Below are positions 18,985 through 28,848 of a stretch of DNA of 64,000 nt, piece after piece. Each line of letters begins with the position of its first letter. Positions within the stretch are counted from its first letter, which is position 1. Origin of the DNA: Atopobiaceae bacterium (lineage in GTDB: Bacteria; Actinomycetota; Coriobacteriia; Coriobacteriales; Atopobiaceae); the NCBI GenBank assembly GCA_040268355.1, contig JAWRIT010000020.1:470-64469 (forward strand), given 5' to 3'. The notes beneath the pieces were generated by a model, which was not told where the DNA came from, did not search any database, and worked only from the letters and a program-made list of their open reading frames with translations. The translations under genes and the position numbers were made by a program.

Positions 18985-19522
18985 GACGAACTCCTTCGTA
19001 TCCGGCGGCAATGAAGTCGCGGATAAGCGCCTGAGCCTGCAAGAACTCTTGCCCGCGCCTCCAGCCCAAAGCCTGGTTCACGGCGAGATTGCCATTGGCG
19101 GTAAAGGCAAAGAGGGTCTGCGCATCCCGTTCGGACAGGCCCGTGCGCTCCATGATGCTGGACACGCCCTCGGCCTCACCGCGCGCCACCACACGCCGTG
19201 CGACAAAGGGATAGAGTTCGCGGTCGGTGTAGAGCAGGCGATAGTCCTCGTTGACCGGAACTCGCTGGCACATGCTCACGGGCGTCGTGCCGTCAAGCAT
19301 CGGCTCGGCATCAATCGCCTCGTCGACGACCTCCTCGAGCAGCGCATACTTGTCCTCGTAGTGCAGGTAGAAGGTCCCGCGGTTGATCTCGGCGCGCTTG
19401 CAGACCTCAGCCACACTCGTCTTGCCAAAGCCTCGCTCGTGCAGCAGCTCAAAAAAGGCCTGCTTGATGACCTGCTTGGTATAACGCGTGCGCCGGTCTT
19501 CGCGCCTGGGCTTCCCCGCCAT
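18977..19522 (-). CDS. TetR/AcrR family transcriptional regulator
   Basis: FFELLHERGFGKTSVAEVCKRAEINRGTFYLHYEDKYAL. Start at ATG 19522 (GGGGAG upstream). Confidence 0.9.
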   Translation of the reverse strand: MAGKPRREDRRTRYTKQVIKQAFFELLHERGFGKTSVAEVCKRAEINRGTFYLHYEDKYALLEEVVDEAIDAEPMLDGTTPVSMCQRVPVNEDYRLLYTDRELYPFVARRVVARGEAEGVSSIMERTGLSERDAQTLFAFTANGNLAVNQALGWRRGQEFLQAQALIRDFIAAGYEGVRHG

Positions 19523-19559
19523 GACCACTCCCCATATCGACTCTGATCTTGGCTTGATT

Positions 19560-19812
19560 ATAGACAGATGTTCAGATTCCATCAATCTGTTGATCTAAAG
19601 ACAGAAAGGGTCACCATGCCAGGGAAAGCAAGCCCAGACACTCGCAGCTGTTCGCAATGCTCTTCCTACGTCACGCAATGAACAGGGGCGTACATCCGTT
19701 GAGGATTTAACAGCTCCGCATCGCTGTCCATTTCTGAACAATCCTGAGCAATTGCCTGTTGTGAGCGTCAGTCTTCCTGGGAATATCTATGCATAGACAC
19801 TTGTTCAGCTTC
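19560..19812. promoter_or_regulatory. divergent tetR / SIR2-2 control region with repeated TGTTCAG-containing motifs
   Basis: ATAGACAGATGTTCAGATTC (19560-19579) and ATAGACACTTGTTCAGCTTC (19793-19812) are identical at 16/20 positions. An inverted copy, TCTGAACAAT, lies at 19733-19742. Confidence 0.4.
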
Positions 19813-19867
19813 TTTCATTCTGTTGAGTAAAATATGACCGCTTCACCTGGGCCATCAAGGAGGAGAC

Positions 19868-20842
19868 ATGCCACAGGGACAAACCCTTTACGAGGAGCTC
19901 GTCAACATGGCGGGCTACAACTACAGCCGCTACTATCAGTACTACGCGCAGGGCGGCGTGCCGGTGGAGCTCTCCACGCGCGAGGAGCCCTACAAGGAGC
20001 AGATCGCCAAGCTTGCCACCCAGATCCAAGAGGCGGACGTGATTGTCGTTGGCGCGGCAGCGGGCCTTTCCGCAGCCGGGGGCGGCGACTTCTATTACGG
20101 TGACTCCCCCTCATGGCGCGAGCATTTCGGCAAGTACACCAAAAGGTTCGGCTTCGAGGGTGCCTTCGTGGGCATGCGGCATCGCTGGAAGTCGCCCGAG
20201 GAGCGCTGGGGCTTCCTGGCGACCTTCCTGCACACCACACAGTCCGCACCGCTACGCAAGCCCTACCTCGACCTGGACGTTCTTGTGCAGGGCAAGGACT
20301 CCTTCATGCTCACCACCAACCAGGACACTCAGCTCGTGAAGCTCTACCCCGAGGACAAGGTCGCGCAGATCCAGGGCGATCACCGTTACTTCCAATGCTC
20401 CAAGCCCTGCTGCGACCATCTCTGGGATGCCGTGGAGCCCGTGAACCAGATGTTTGAGGCCATGGGCGATGGCTTCGAGGTGCCCACCGAACTCATTCCC
20501 CGCTGTCCGCATTGCGGTGCCGAGGCCTTCCCTTGGGTGCGTGGCTACGGCAACCTGCTGGAGGGCGAGCGCTACCACGCCGAGTACGCCAAGGCCGGCA
20601 CCTTCATCGAGGCACAGCGCGACCGCAAGGCGCTCCTCCTCGAAATCGGCGTGGGTCGCATGACCCCCATGTTCATCCAGGAACCTTTCTGGAACCTCAC
20701 GCTCGCCTACCCCCACGCGCGCTACGTCACCATCAACAGCGAGCACGCCCTCCTCCCCCGGCAAATCGAGGACAAGGGCATGGCCATCAAAGCCGACATC
20801 GCGCAGACGCTGATCGACACGCGCAAGGCATTGGGGAGGTAA
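19868..20842 (+). CDS. SIR2-like protein, paralogue 2
   Basis: GAAAGLS, TTNQD, IQGD at the catalytic-His position, CSKPC...CPHCG. Collinear with paralogue 1 over the full length. Confidence 0.75.
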   Translation: MPQGQTLYEELVNMAGYNYSRYYQYYAQGGVPVELSTREEPYKEQIAKLATQIQEADVIVVGAAAGLSAAGGGDFYYGDSPSWREHFGKYTKRFGFEGAFVGMRHRWKSPEERWGFLATFLHTTQSAPLRKPYLDLDVLVQGKDSFMLTTNQDTQLVKLYPEDKVAQIQGDHRYFQCSKPCCDHLWDAVEPVNQMFEAMGDGFEVPTELIPRCPHCGAEAFPWVRGYGNLLEGERYHAEYAKAGTFIEAQRDRKALLLEIGVGRMTPMFIQEPFWNLTLAYPHARYVTINSEHALLPRQIEDKGMAIKADIAQTLIDTRKALGR

Positions 20843-20844
20843 GC

Positions 20845-21759
20845 ATGGGCAAGACAGACCTGCTTAGCGGCGGCATGACAGCCGAGAAGGTCACACGCAT
20901 CCGCGAGGTGCTAGACGCCGCCGACCTGGTGATCGTGACCGCAAGCAACGGCCTCGACATGAGCGAGGGACTCAATATATTCCGCCCTGACCAGCATTTT
21001 ATTGAGACATACGGCGACCTTGCAACGGCCACCGGCGCCATGAGCATCCTGCAGGGCATGGCCTCACCAGGGATTGCCCCAGAACAGCGCTGGGCCTGGT
21101 TTGCCCGCTTCGCCCAGGTGGAGTGGCTTAGCTACGAACCCACGCCCCTCATGCGCACGGTGCGTGAGCTCGTGGGCGAGAAGGACCACATGGTCGTGAC
21201 GTGCAACATTGATGGCCGCCTTGCCAAGGTGTTCGACGAGCAGCGCATCGTTGAGACCGAAGGATCCGTTCGCCAGCTCACCTGCTCTGCACACTGCTGT
21301 GACGAGCGCCTTGATGCGACTGAGGCCATGCGCGCCGCCAATGCAAGGATTGAAGACGGCCGCGTACCCACCGAGCTCATCCCCCGCTGTCCCCACTGCG
21401 GTGCCATGCTTACGCCCGCAACAGACGAGATGCTTCTCGCCCACCCCGACGGAGAGCTCAGAGAGCGCCTCGCCCTTCTCAACCAGAAGATCGAGCGGGC
21501 GCATGGCAAGAATATCGTGGTGCTTGAGCTGGGCATCGGCGCACGCAACCAAGCCATCAAGGTCCCGACGATGGACCTCGTTGCCACAGAGGAACGTGCC
21601 ACGTACATCACGTTCAACTACAACGAGGTCTTCATCCCCAAAACCATAGCCGACCGCTCCATCGGCATCTCCGGCGACCTGGGACACGCCCTCGCCCAGC
21701 AGCGCAGACACCCCGATGATGGAAAGCGCAGAGGACGACGCCCTCTCCATCATGGGTGA
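20845..21759 (+). CDS. SIR2-like protein, paralogue 3 (most divergent)
   Basis: Internal ATG 20845 of ORF 20512..21759 (GGGGAGG upstream, 2 nt after the paralogue-2 stop). TASNGLDMS, TCNIDG, TEGS at the catalytic-His position, CSAHC...CPHCG. Confidence 0.7.
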   Translation: MGKTDLLSGGMTAEKVTRIREVLDAADLVIVTASNGLDMSEGLNIFRPDQHFIETYGDLATATGAMSILQGMASPGIAPEQRWAWFARFAQVEWLSYEPTPLMRTVRELVGEKDHMVVTCNIDGRLAKVFDEQRIVETEGSVRQLTCSAHCCDERLDATEAMRAANARIEDGRVPTELIPRCPHCGAMLTPATDEMLLAHPDGELRERLALLNQKIERAHGKNIVVLELGIGARNQAIKVPTMDLVATEERATYITFNYNEVFIPKTIADRSIGISGDLGHALAQQRRHPDDGKRRGRRPLHHG

Positions 21760-22147
21760 AAGGGCGAAGCTGTGGCAGCCTAAGGTCCAGCTCATCGCAT
21801 CGGCTGATCCAACAATGCCCAAGGGGCTTGACCTCTTGAGCATTTTTCACCCAAACATATCCCCTCACCTGCCTGCGACTCTGCTGCAACGAAGCGATGG
21901 CACCGTGGGCCTTCCCCTGGGGAGGTCATAACGACTGCCACGCCATGGCGAGGCTTGGAGCCGGACGTCGCAGCAAGCCTCTCGCCGCTGTCGTATCATG
22001 TGTCGCGACCACAGAAGGAAAGTCGAGGCCTCGTGGTTTGAGCGCAGGTGTCCGCTCCTGCGGCTTCCCGGCCATCGGGGCGGCGCACTCTATGCGCGGC
22101 GCGCATGCCGGTCTTGCAGCCGGACACGATGGAGGGGCAACCAGAAC

Positions 22148-23119
22148 ATGAAAGATTGCGCGGACATCCTCAGATCCGTGTGCGCCCAGCTTGGCTTGAG
22201 GAAGGCCGATGCGAACCCCTACGAATGCGGAGAATACCTCGTGGGAAACGGCATCGACGTCACGGGCTACTTCTGGTTCCTCCCCTATGAGCGGCATATC
22301 GCCATCTCCACGTGCGATTTCTCATTTTGTCGGGACGTGGTCGCCAATTTTCCGGAAAAGACCCGCTACATAGCGCTCCGGCTCGAATATGCGAAGCACC
22401 TTCCCTCCGGCAGGATCATCGCCTTTCTGGAGGAGAGCGGCGGCAGCGTGAACGCCCACATGAGACGCGGTATGCGGGTGGCCTACACCGAGGTCATGTA
22501 CCTTCCGTCGTTCTACCATCAGCACCTTTCCGAATGCTTCAGCGGATACCCGGAAGAACCGTCGAAGATCCTGCGGGACATGGGCGGCGAGCACAACTGG
22601 CCCGCCTCAATGATGACGGTCCTCAATGACATCCGCAAAAGCCAGCTCAGCGGCACGGCAAAGGAGCTCTACGTTGTGGCGAAGGCATATGAGCTCATGG
22701 CCGTGCTCCTCAAGATGGGCAGCGACCGCCTTCCAGCTCGAAGCGCCGACTTCGAGAGCGTCACCTCAGCCGTGGAATACATAAACGAGAACTACACGGG
22801 AAGCATCGAGCAACGGGACCTCGTCCGCATGGCGAACATGAGCGCCACCAAGCTCAAGCGCCTCTTCAAGTTGGTCACCGGACTCACCATCACTCAGTAC
22901 GTCGTGGAGCGCAAGACCGACCTGGCAATGCACCTCCTTGCCGACACCGACCTGCCTGTTGCCGACATCGCGCGAAAGTCCGGGTTCAAGACACCGAGCG
23001 GCTTCGCGACGTCCTTCAAGCGACAGGTGGGCATGACGCCCAGGGAATACCGCCTCTCCATGCGTGCGGGCGTCCTGCACAACCCCTCTTCCATCGGCAG
23101 CCTCACATTTGACTCGTGA
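22148..23119 (+). CDS. AraC family transcriptional regulator
   Basis: C-terminal double HTH (LVRMANMSATKLKRLFKLVTG...IARKSGFKTPSGFATSFKRQVGMTPREYR). Start at ATG 22148 (GGAGGGG upstream). Confidence 0.9.
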   Translation: MKDCADILRSVCAQLGLRKADANPYECGEYLVGNGIDVTGYFWFLPYERHIAISTCDFSFCRDVVANFPEKTRYIALRLEYAKHLPSGRIIAFLEESGGSVNAHMRRGMRVAYTEVMYLPSFYHQHLSECFSGYPEEPSKILRDMGGEHNWPASMMTVLNDIRKSQLSGTAKELYVVAKAYELMAVLLKMGSDRLPARSADFESVTSAVEYINENYTGSIEQRDLVRMANMSATKLKRLFKLVTGLTITQYVVERKTDLAMHLLADTDLPVADIARKSGFKTPSGFATSFKRQVGMTPREYRLSMRAGVLHNPSSIGSLTFDS

Positions 23120-24836
23120 GCAGCTCGACGTAGCGAGCGTAGACACCGCCGCGCCTTCTGAGCGCTTCGTCGGTGCCGCGCTCGGCGATCTCGCCATCCT
23201 TGATGACGAGAATCTGGTCGGCGTTGCGGACCGTCGCGAGCCGATGCGCGATGACCAGCAGGGTCTTCCCGCGGACGAGCTCCCCGATGGCCGCCTGGAT
23301 GTAGCTCTCGTTATCCGGGTCGACGCTCGCCGTCGCCTCGTCGAGGATGACCACCGGTGCGTCTTTGAGTATGCACCTCGCGATGGAGATCCGCTGCCGC
23401 TCGCCACCCGACAGGTTCGCGCCGCCCTCGCCGACCAGGGTGTCGAACCCGTCTGGCATCTCCTCGATGAAATCGAGGCAGCGCGCCTTGCGTGCCGCCT
23501 CGACGACCTCCTCCCGGGTCGCGTCGGGCCTGCCGAGCGCGATGTTGTTGTACACCGTGTCTCGAAACAGGTAGACCCGTTGGAAGACCATGCCGACATG
23601 CTCCATGAGCTCGGAGAGGGGCACATCGCGCACGTCGACCCCCCGGACGCGAAGGCTGCCGCCGGTCACGTCCCAGAAGCGCGTCAGCAGCTGCGCCACC
23701 GTCGACTTTCCCGAACCCGACGGCCCGACAAGGGCGGTCATGGTGTCCTTTCGCATGCTCAGCGAGATGCCGTGCAGGACCTCTTCGTCGGCGTACGCGA
23801 ACCGCACGTCGTCGTACTCTACCTCGGGGGCATCGCCTCCCCTCTCGGGCGGGATGTGGGAGCACCCCTCGTCGGGGAGCTCGATCTCGGCAAAAAGGGC
23901 GTCCATGCGATCGAGCGCCGCGTTCATGATCGTGAGCTGGGCGCTCTGGTTGTAGAGGGCCCTGAACGGCCCGAACAGGTCGAAGACGAACAGGAGCACT
24001 CCCAAAAGGGCGGTGGCCGCGAGCGTGCCCTGGGAATGGAGGAAGAACGACAGGGCCAGCACGGCGACCGAGCCAAGCCCGTAGAGCAGGTTCAGGGCCA
24101 CGAACCATGGGTTGTAGCGCTTCTCGAACCCTATGCTCGTCCGGCGACTTTGGGCGAAGCTCTCCGTCAGCTCGGCGGCCCGCTCTCCGAGGAGGTTGTA
24201 CGTCTTTGCGATGCCTATGCCCTCTGCGAAGTCGAGCACCGACTGGGTGAGCCTCTCACTCTGCTCCTGCCGTTTTACGGACTCGTCCAGCGCGGTGCCC
24301 TTCATGCCGCGGGCCACGAGCAGAATCAGCGCCGAGACGAACACGGCGGCCAGGCCAAGCCAGGGGGAGAGCAGCATGAGCAGGGCGAGCATGACGATCT
24401 CCGAGAAGATGTAGTTCATCATGTTCGCGATGTCACCCATGCAGCTCTGCTCGACGTAGACCATGTCCACCGATAGGATCGAGCTGATCCGCCCAATGTT
24501 GCCTTCGGTGTAGAAGCCCATCGGCAGCCTCAGCAAATGCCGGCCAAGCTCGAGCCGCTTCTCGGCGAAGATCTCGTACCCAGCTCCCGACTGCAACCGG
24601 TCCGTGACGTTCTGGAGCACCATCTGCGCCGCCACGCAGACGAGGAATATCGTCCCGATCAACAGGCACGTTCGCGCCGTGATGGTGCCGTTGTAGAAAG
24701 ACGCGAGGGCGAGGAAGGAAAGGACTATCGGGGCCTTCGACAGCATCGACTTGACGAAGGCGAGCACGAACGCGGTTCGTATCGCAGCGCGCTTGGCACC
24801 TGCGAGGGAGAGGATCCTCCTGATGAGCGGAATCAT
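23103..24836 (-). CDS. ABC exporter, fused permease/ATPase half-transporter
   Basis: Six-TM domain, then GPSGSGKST, LSGGERQ, VVILDEAT. Confidence 0.9.
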   Translation of the reverse strand: MIPLIRRILSLAGAKRAAIRTAFVLAFVKSMLSKAPIVLSFLALASFYNGTITARTCLLIGTIFLVCVAAQMVLQNVTDRLQSGAGYEIFAEKRLELGRHLLRLPMGFYTEGNIGRISSILSVDMVYVEQSCMGDIANMMNYIFSEIVMLALLMLLSPWLGLAAVFVSALILLVARGMKGTALDESVKRQEQSERLTQSVLDFAEGIGIAKTYNLLGERAAELTESFAQSRRTSIGFEKRYNPWFVALNLLYGLGSVAVLALSFFLHSQGTLAATALLGVLLFVFDLFGPFRALYNQSAQLTIMNAALDRMDALFAEIELPDEGCSHIPPERGGDAPEVEYDDVRFAYADEEVLHGISLSMRKDTMTALVGPSGSGKSTVAQLLTRFWDVTGGSLRVRGVDVRDVPLSELMEHVGMVFQRVYLFRDTVYNNIALGRPDATREEVVEAARKARCLDFIEEMPDGFDTLVGEGGANLSGGERQRISIARCILKDAPVVILDEATASVDPDNESYIQAAIGELVRGKTLLVIAHRLATVRNADQILVIKDGEIAERGTDEALRRRGGVYARYVELLTSQM

Positions 24837-27800
24837 TTGACACCCCTTTCGACCAGGACGGCGTCCCGCTTGTTGTCAACGCCCCAGCAGGCACTTTCTA
24901 CGGCTGCTTGCCAGAGCTTCGAATACCGGTCGCTCGAGGCCAGGAGCTGCTCATGTGTTCCTGTGGCTTCCACGCGTCCGCCGTCCATCACGACGATCTG
25001 GTCCGAGTCCTTGACCGACGGCAACTTGTGCGCGATCACCACGACGGTTTTGCCCCGGATGATGCCCGCGATGGCGGCCCGCATCTTCCGTTCGTTTTCG
25101 GGGTCGATGAAGGCCGTCGCCTCGTCCAGCACGACTATGGGCGCATCCTTGAGCAACGCCCGTGCGAGCGCTATGCGCTGCCGCTCGCCGCCCGACAGCT
25201 TGGCCCCTCCCGCGCCGGCGTTCGTACGGATGCCGTCTGCCAGCCGTGCGAGGAACTCCCCGCATTGCGCCTGCTTTGCGGCAGCCTCCACCTCCTCGTC
25301 CGTTGCCTCGGGCCTGCCGATGCGGATGTTCTCGAGGATGCTCGTGTTGAAGAGGTAGAGGTCCTGCGAGACGTAGGAGATCAGGCCGTTCAAGGACGCG
25401 AGGCTCATGTCCCCCACGTCCTGGCCGCCGATGCGGACACGTCCCCCGGACACGTCGTAGTAGTGCACCAGCAGTTTGGCGAGCGTGGACTTCCCGCTGC
25501 CCGATTCGCCCACTATCGCGGTCGTGGTGCCGTCGGCAATGTCCAGGCTGACGCCCTTTAAGACCTCGACGTCCCCGTAGGAGAACCTGACGTCGGTGAA
25601 GGCTATGGAGTGTCCCTCGCCCGCAAACGGCCCATCGCCCTGCTGCAGGGATTCCGCCGAGAACACCTGCTCCAGGGCATCTATCTTGAAGTTGATCTGC
25701 GGCACGCTCCCCATGAAGTTCACCGCGCGTATGAGCGGCGTGCCCGCCGCTATGCACATGCAGAGCGCGAGGACGAGGTCGGGGACGGTGGAGATGCCCA
25801 TCGTCACGAACCATGCCCCTATGGGCAGCGTGAACAGGCACACACAGGGGATTATGCTGCCGTACACCGCCATCCACGGCCAGCAGACCTTGTACCACGC
25901 CAGCGTGAAATCGCGGTAGTCCGCTACCGAGGCCTGGTAGCGCTCGTAGGACTGCCCACCCTTGTTGAAGACCTTCGCGACTTCCATTCCGTTCACGTAT
26001 TCGATGATGGTGTCGTTCATCCTCTGGCCTGCGGCGTAATACGCGCCCATGCGCGCCATGCCCGCCTTGTACATCCTCCCCATGGCGAACAGGCCTATTG
26101 GCAACGTGAGCAATGAGAGCAGCGCGAGCTTCCAGTCGACGAAGAACAGTGCTGCGAAGATGACGACCGGGACGAGGGTGGTCGCGAACCCCTCGGGGAG
26201 CGCGTGCGCGATCATCGTCTCGAGGGAGTCGATGTCGTCCACGAACATCTTCTTGATCGATCCTGTCCCCATGTCCTGAACGGCCCCCAGGGGCTGCCTC
26301 TCCAGCTTGCCCTGAAGCGACCTGCGCAGGTTCTCGAGCGTGTGGTAAGCGCCCTTGTGCGAAAGGTCCAGCCCCCATGCGTAGAGCACGGCATAGAGGA
26401 GCGCGCAGAGGGCCATGCCTCCCAGCCGCGTTGCGAGGAACGCGGGCTCGATCGGCCCTTTGGCGAGCACCGCCACGACGAGCTCGTAGCTAACGTAGAA
26501 CGGGATGACGTTTGCGAGCGTCGCCAAGACCAGCACGGCCGCCGCGGCGTACGTGTACCTCTTGTGCGGGCCCGCGTACTCTAATAGTTTGGAGAACATG
26601 CTCCTGCCCCCTTCCTCTTCGTGTCGATGCTTTCTCCTGGATGCGCGCTGGCCGTCGTGCAGCCGCGTTGCCCGGTCGGCCGCATCGTCGATGAAGTACT
26701 GCCTCACGCGCTCCCTGCCCTCTGCGTCAAGCGCGTAGAAGGACCTCACATGTCCGTTTTCCATGTGGAGCACGTGCGTGGAGCATCCCAGGATGAGCTC
26801 TAGGTCGTGGGTGATGACCGCGATGACCCTGCCCGCGCCTCTGGCCGACTCCATGAGCTGGAAGTAGCGCTCCATGTTCTCGCGGTCGAGGCCCGACGTG
26901 GGCTCGTCGCAGAAAAGGAGCTCTTTGTTCGAGTAGAGCGCGGATGCGATTGCCAGACGCTGCTTCTGCCCGCCGGACAGCGTGCTCGGGTGCCGGTCCG
27001 AGAGATCGGCCAGGCTCAGGCACTCGAGCAGCCTGCGCCTCTCGCCGGCGTCGTCTCGGGAGCTGCCCATCGCCACCTCATCGGCCACCGATGGTGCGAA
27101 GAGCTGTCGGTTGACGTCCTGCATGACCACGAAGCTCAGGTCGCTGAGTTCGCCCCTCTGCCGAACGGCCCCTTCGAACTGCACGGTCCCGCTACATTCG
27201 AGCAGACCCGACAGGCATCCGACCAGCGTGCTCTTGCCAGCGCCGTTCTCCCCGACGACGGCGACGATGCTGTCATCGGGGATCTCGAGGTGGGGTATGG
27301 AGAGCACGGTCTTGCCGTCGCGCCTGCAGGTCAGGTCTCGCACGGCAAGAGCACACCCCGTCCGGCGGCCCGACCGCTCCCGGCGCTCGCGGCCCCGCGG
27401 TTCGAGATTCCGAAGGTCCGTGCTCCGAAGGCCCAGCCCCTCAAGCTCCCCGTCCTTGAGGTGGACGAGCTCCTCGGGAGTGAAGGCGCAGGTCGCCCTG
27501 CCACCTTCCATGCACACGAACCTGTCTGCAAGGCCTGTCAGATAATGGAGCCTGTGCTCCGCCACGACGATGGTCTTGCCCGCGGACTTGAGCTCTTGGA
27601 GCGCACGGGTAAGACGCACTATCGAGGATATGTCCATGTTCGAAGCCGGTTCGTCCAGCACGAGGACGTCGGGTCCGGTGGCGTGGACCGACCCGACGGC
27701 TATCTGCTGCCTCTCGCCGCCCGACAGCTTGAAGATATCCCTGTCGACCAGGTGCTGCAGCCTGAGGTCGGCTACTGCGCGCCCAACCCGATCCACGATT

Positions 27801-28153
27801 TCCTCTCTGGGCAGCGCCTGGTTCTCGCATCCGAAGGCGAGCTCGCCGGTTGTGTCGAGGTTGAAGAACTGGCTCCTTGGGTTCTGGAACACGCTCCCCA
27901 CGACCCTCGAGATGTCGGACAGCTCGGAGTTGGCGATGTCGAGCTCGCCCACCCACACGTTTCCTGAGAGCTCGCCTTCGTAGTAGTGCGGGACGAGCCC
28001 GTTGATCGCCCTGGTGACCGTCGTCTTCCCACACCCGCTCTTCCCGCAGAGCACCACGAACTCACCCTCGCCGATATCGATGCTGAAGTCGTCGAGGCTC
28101 TTCTCTCCGTTGGCATTGGGATAGCTGCAGCTCACATGTTCCAGCGTGATCAT
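24833..28153 (-). CDS. fusion of a duplicated ECF-type ATPase (two NBDs) with an ABC exporter half-transporter (TMD plus third NBD)
   Basis: One uninterrupted 1106-aa frame. NBD1: GKSGCGKTT / LSGGERQ / VLVLDEP. NBD2: GENGAGKST / LSGGQKQ / LLFCDEP. A TM domain follows, then NBD3: GESGSGKST / LSGGERQ / IVVLDEAT. The internal ATG at 26599 is preceded by GGAAGGGGGCAGGAG. Confidence 0.8.
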   Translation of the reverse strand: MITLEHVSCSYPNANGEKSLDDFSIDIGEGEFVVLCGKSGCGKTTVTRAINGLVPHYYEGELSGNVWVGELDIANSELSDISRVVGSVFQNPRSQFFNLDTTGELAFGCENQALPREEIVDRVGRAVADLRLQHLVDRDIFKLSGGERQQIAVGSVHATGPDVLVLDEPASNMDISSIVRLTRALQELKSAGKTIVVAEHRLHYLTGLADRFVCMEGGRATCAFTPEELVHLKDGELEGLGLRSTDLRNLEPRGRERRERSGRRTGCALAVRDLTCRRDGKTVLSIPHLEIPDDSIVAVVGENGAGKSTLVGCLSGLLECSGTVQFEGAVRQRGELSDLSFVVMQDVNRQLFAPSVADEVAMGSSRDDAGERRRLLECLSLADLSDRHPSTLSGGQKQRLAIASALYSNKELLFCDEPTSGLDRENMERYFQLMESARGAGRVIAVITHDLELILGCSTHVLHMENGHVRSFYALDAEGRERVRQYFIDDAADRATRLHDGQRASRRKHRHEEEGGRSMFSKLLEYAGPHKRYTYAAAAVLVLATLANVIPFYVSYELVVAVLAKGPIEPAFLATRLGGMALCALLYAVLYAWGLDLSHKGAYHTLENLRRSLQGKLERQPLGAVQDMGTGSIKKMFVDDIDSLETMIAHALPEGFATTLVPVVIFAALFFVDWKLALLSLLTLPIGLFAMGRMYKAGMARMGAYYAAGQRMNDTIIEYVNGMEVAKVFNKGGQSYERYQASVADYRDFTLAWYKVCWPWMAVYGSIIPCVCLFTLPIGAWFVTMGISTVPDLVLALCMCIAAGTPLIRAVNFMGSVPQINFKIDALEQVFSAESLQQGDGPFAGEGHSIAFTDVRFSYGDVEVLKGVSLDIADGTTTAIVGESGSGKSTLAKLLVHYYDVSGGRVRIGGQDVGDMSLASLNGLISYVSQDLYLFNTSILENIRIGRPEATDEEVEAAAKQAQCGEFLARLADGIRTNAGAGGAKLSGGERQRIALARALLKDAPIVVLDEATAFIDPENERKMRAAIAGIIRGKTVVVIAHKLPSVKDSDQIVVMDGGRVEATGTHEQLLASSDRYSKLWQAAVESACWGVDNKRDAVLVERGVK

Positions 28154-28848
28154 GCGAACCCTCCGCGGGCGAGGACGTACAGGCAGACTGCGCCTGCGAT
28201 GAAGGCCCAGTCGATATGCCCCATCCGGACGTCGGCGATGGAGGTCCGTCGCCGGGTGCTGTCAAGACCGCGCGCCATCGCCGCGGATGCGAGCTCGTCC
28301 ATGGCCGTCATCGAGCTGAACAGCAGGGGCACGAGGATTCGCTCGATCGTGAGCGCCGGATGGCGCAGCACGCTTCTCCACGTGACGCGCATGCCGCGGA
28401 ACGACATCGCCTGCATCACGCCCTCGTACTCCTCGCGCACCGTGGGAACGAATCGAAAGACCGTCGCGATGGGGATCACGAGGGCCATGGGCAGGCGCAT
28501 CTCCTGCATCGCCGCCATGAACTCGCCCACGTCGGTGGTGCGCCCGACGTAGTTGAACGCCATGATGACGAGCATCATGATCCGCACGATGACGGCGAGC
28601 GACATGACCACGACGAGCGCTGCCTCCGGTTCGGACGACCTGAGGGTTGCCTCGAGCAACAGCACCGCCACGAATGCGACGAGGCTGCGCAACGCAAAGC
28701 GTCGCTGCCCCTCGCAGGCGAGCAGGAACGCGATCAGGCAGGCGAAGAGCAGGTTGGGCGCAAGCGCTGACGAGCGTATCGCCAGCAGGTCGACGACGAT
28801 GAAGAGGACGAGCCTTGCGCGGGGGTCGAGGCGCAACCCGGGCAGCAT
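28150..28848 (-). CDS. ECF transporter transmembrane (T) component, CbiQ/EcfT family
   Basis: 232-aa polytopic protein taken from the internal ATG 28848 of ORF 28150..29349. C-terminal AMxARG-type motif (ELASAAMARGLD). ATGA overlaps on both sides. Confidence 0.75.
   Translation of the reverse strand: MLPGLRLDPRARLVLFIVVDLLAIRSSALAPNLLFACLIAFLLACEGQRRFALRSLVAFVAVLLLEATLRSSEPEAALVVVMSLAVIVRIMMLVIMAFNYVGRTTDVGEFMAAMQEMRLPMALVIPIATVFRFVPTVREEYEGVMQAMSFRGMRVTWRSVLRHPALTIERILVPLLFSSMTAMDELASAAMARGLDSTRRRTSIADVRMGHIDWAFIAGAVCLYVLARGGFA

Noticed and set aside
18037-21759. SIR2 triplet as a Thoeris, DSR or SIR2-HerA type defence system
   Set aside because: There are no TIR, SLOG, HerA or pAgo partner genes. 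The proteins are short, keep the sirtuin zinc ribbon, and have host-like GC. They are retained as an unexplained NAD-related cluster rather than a known defence type.
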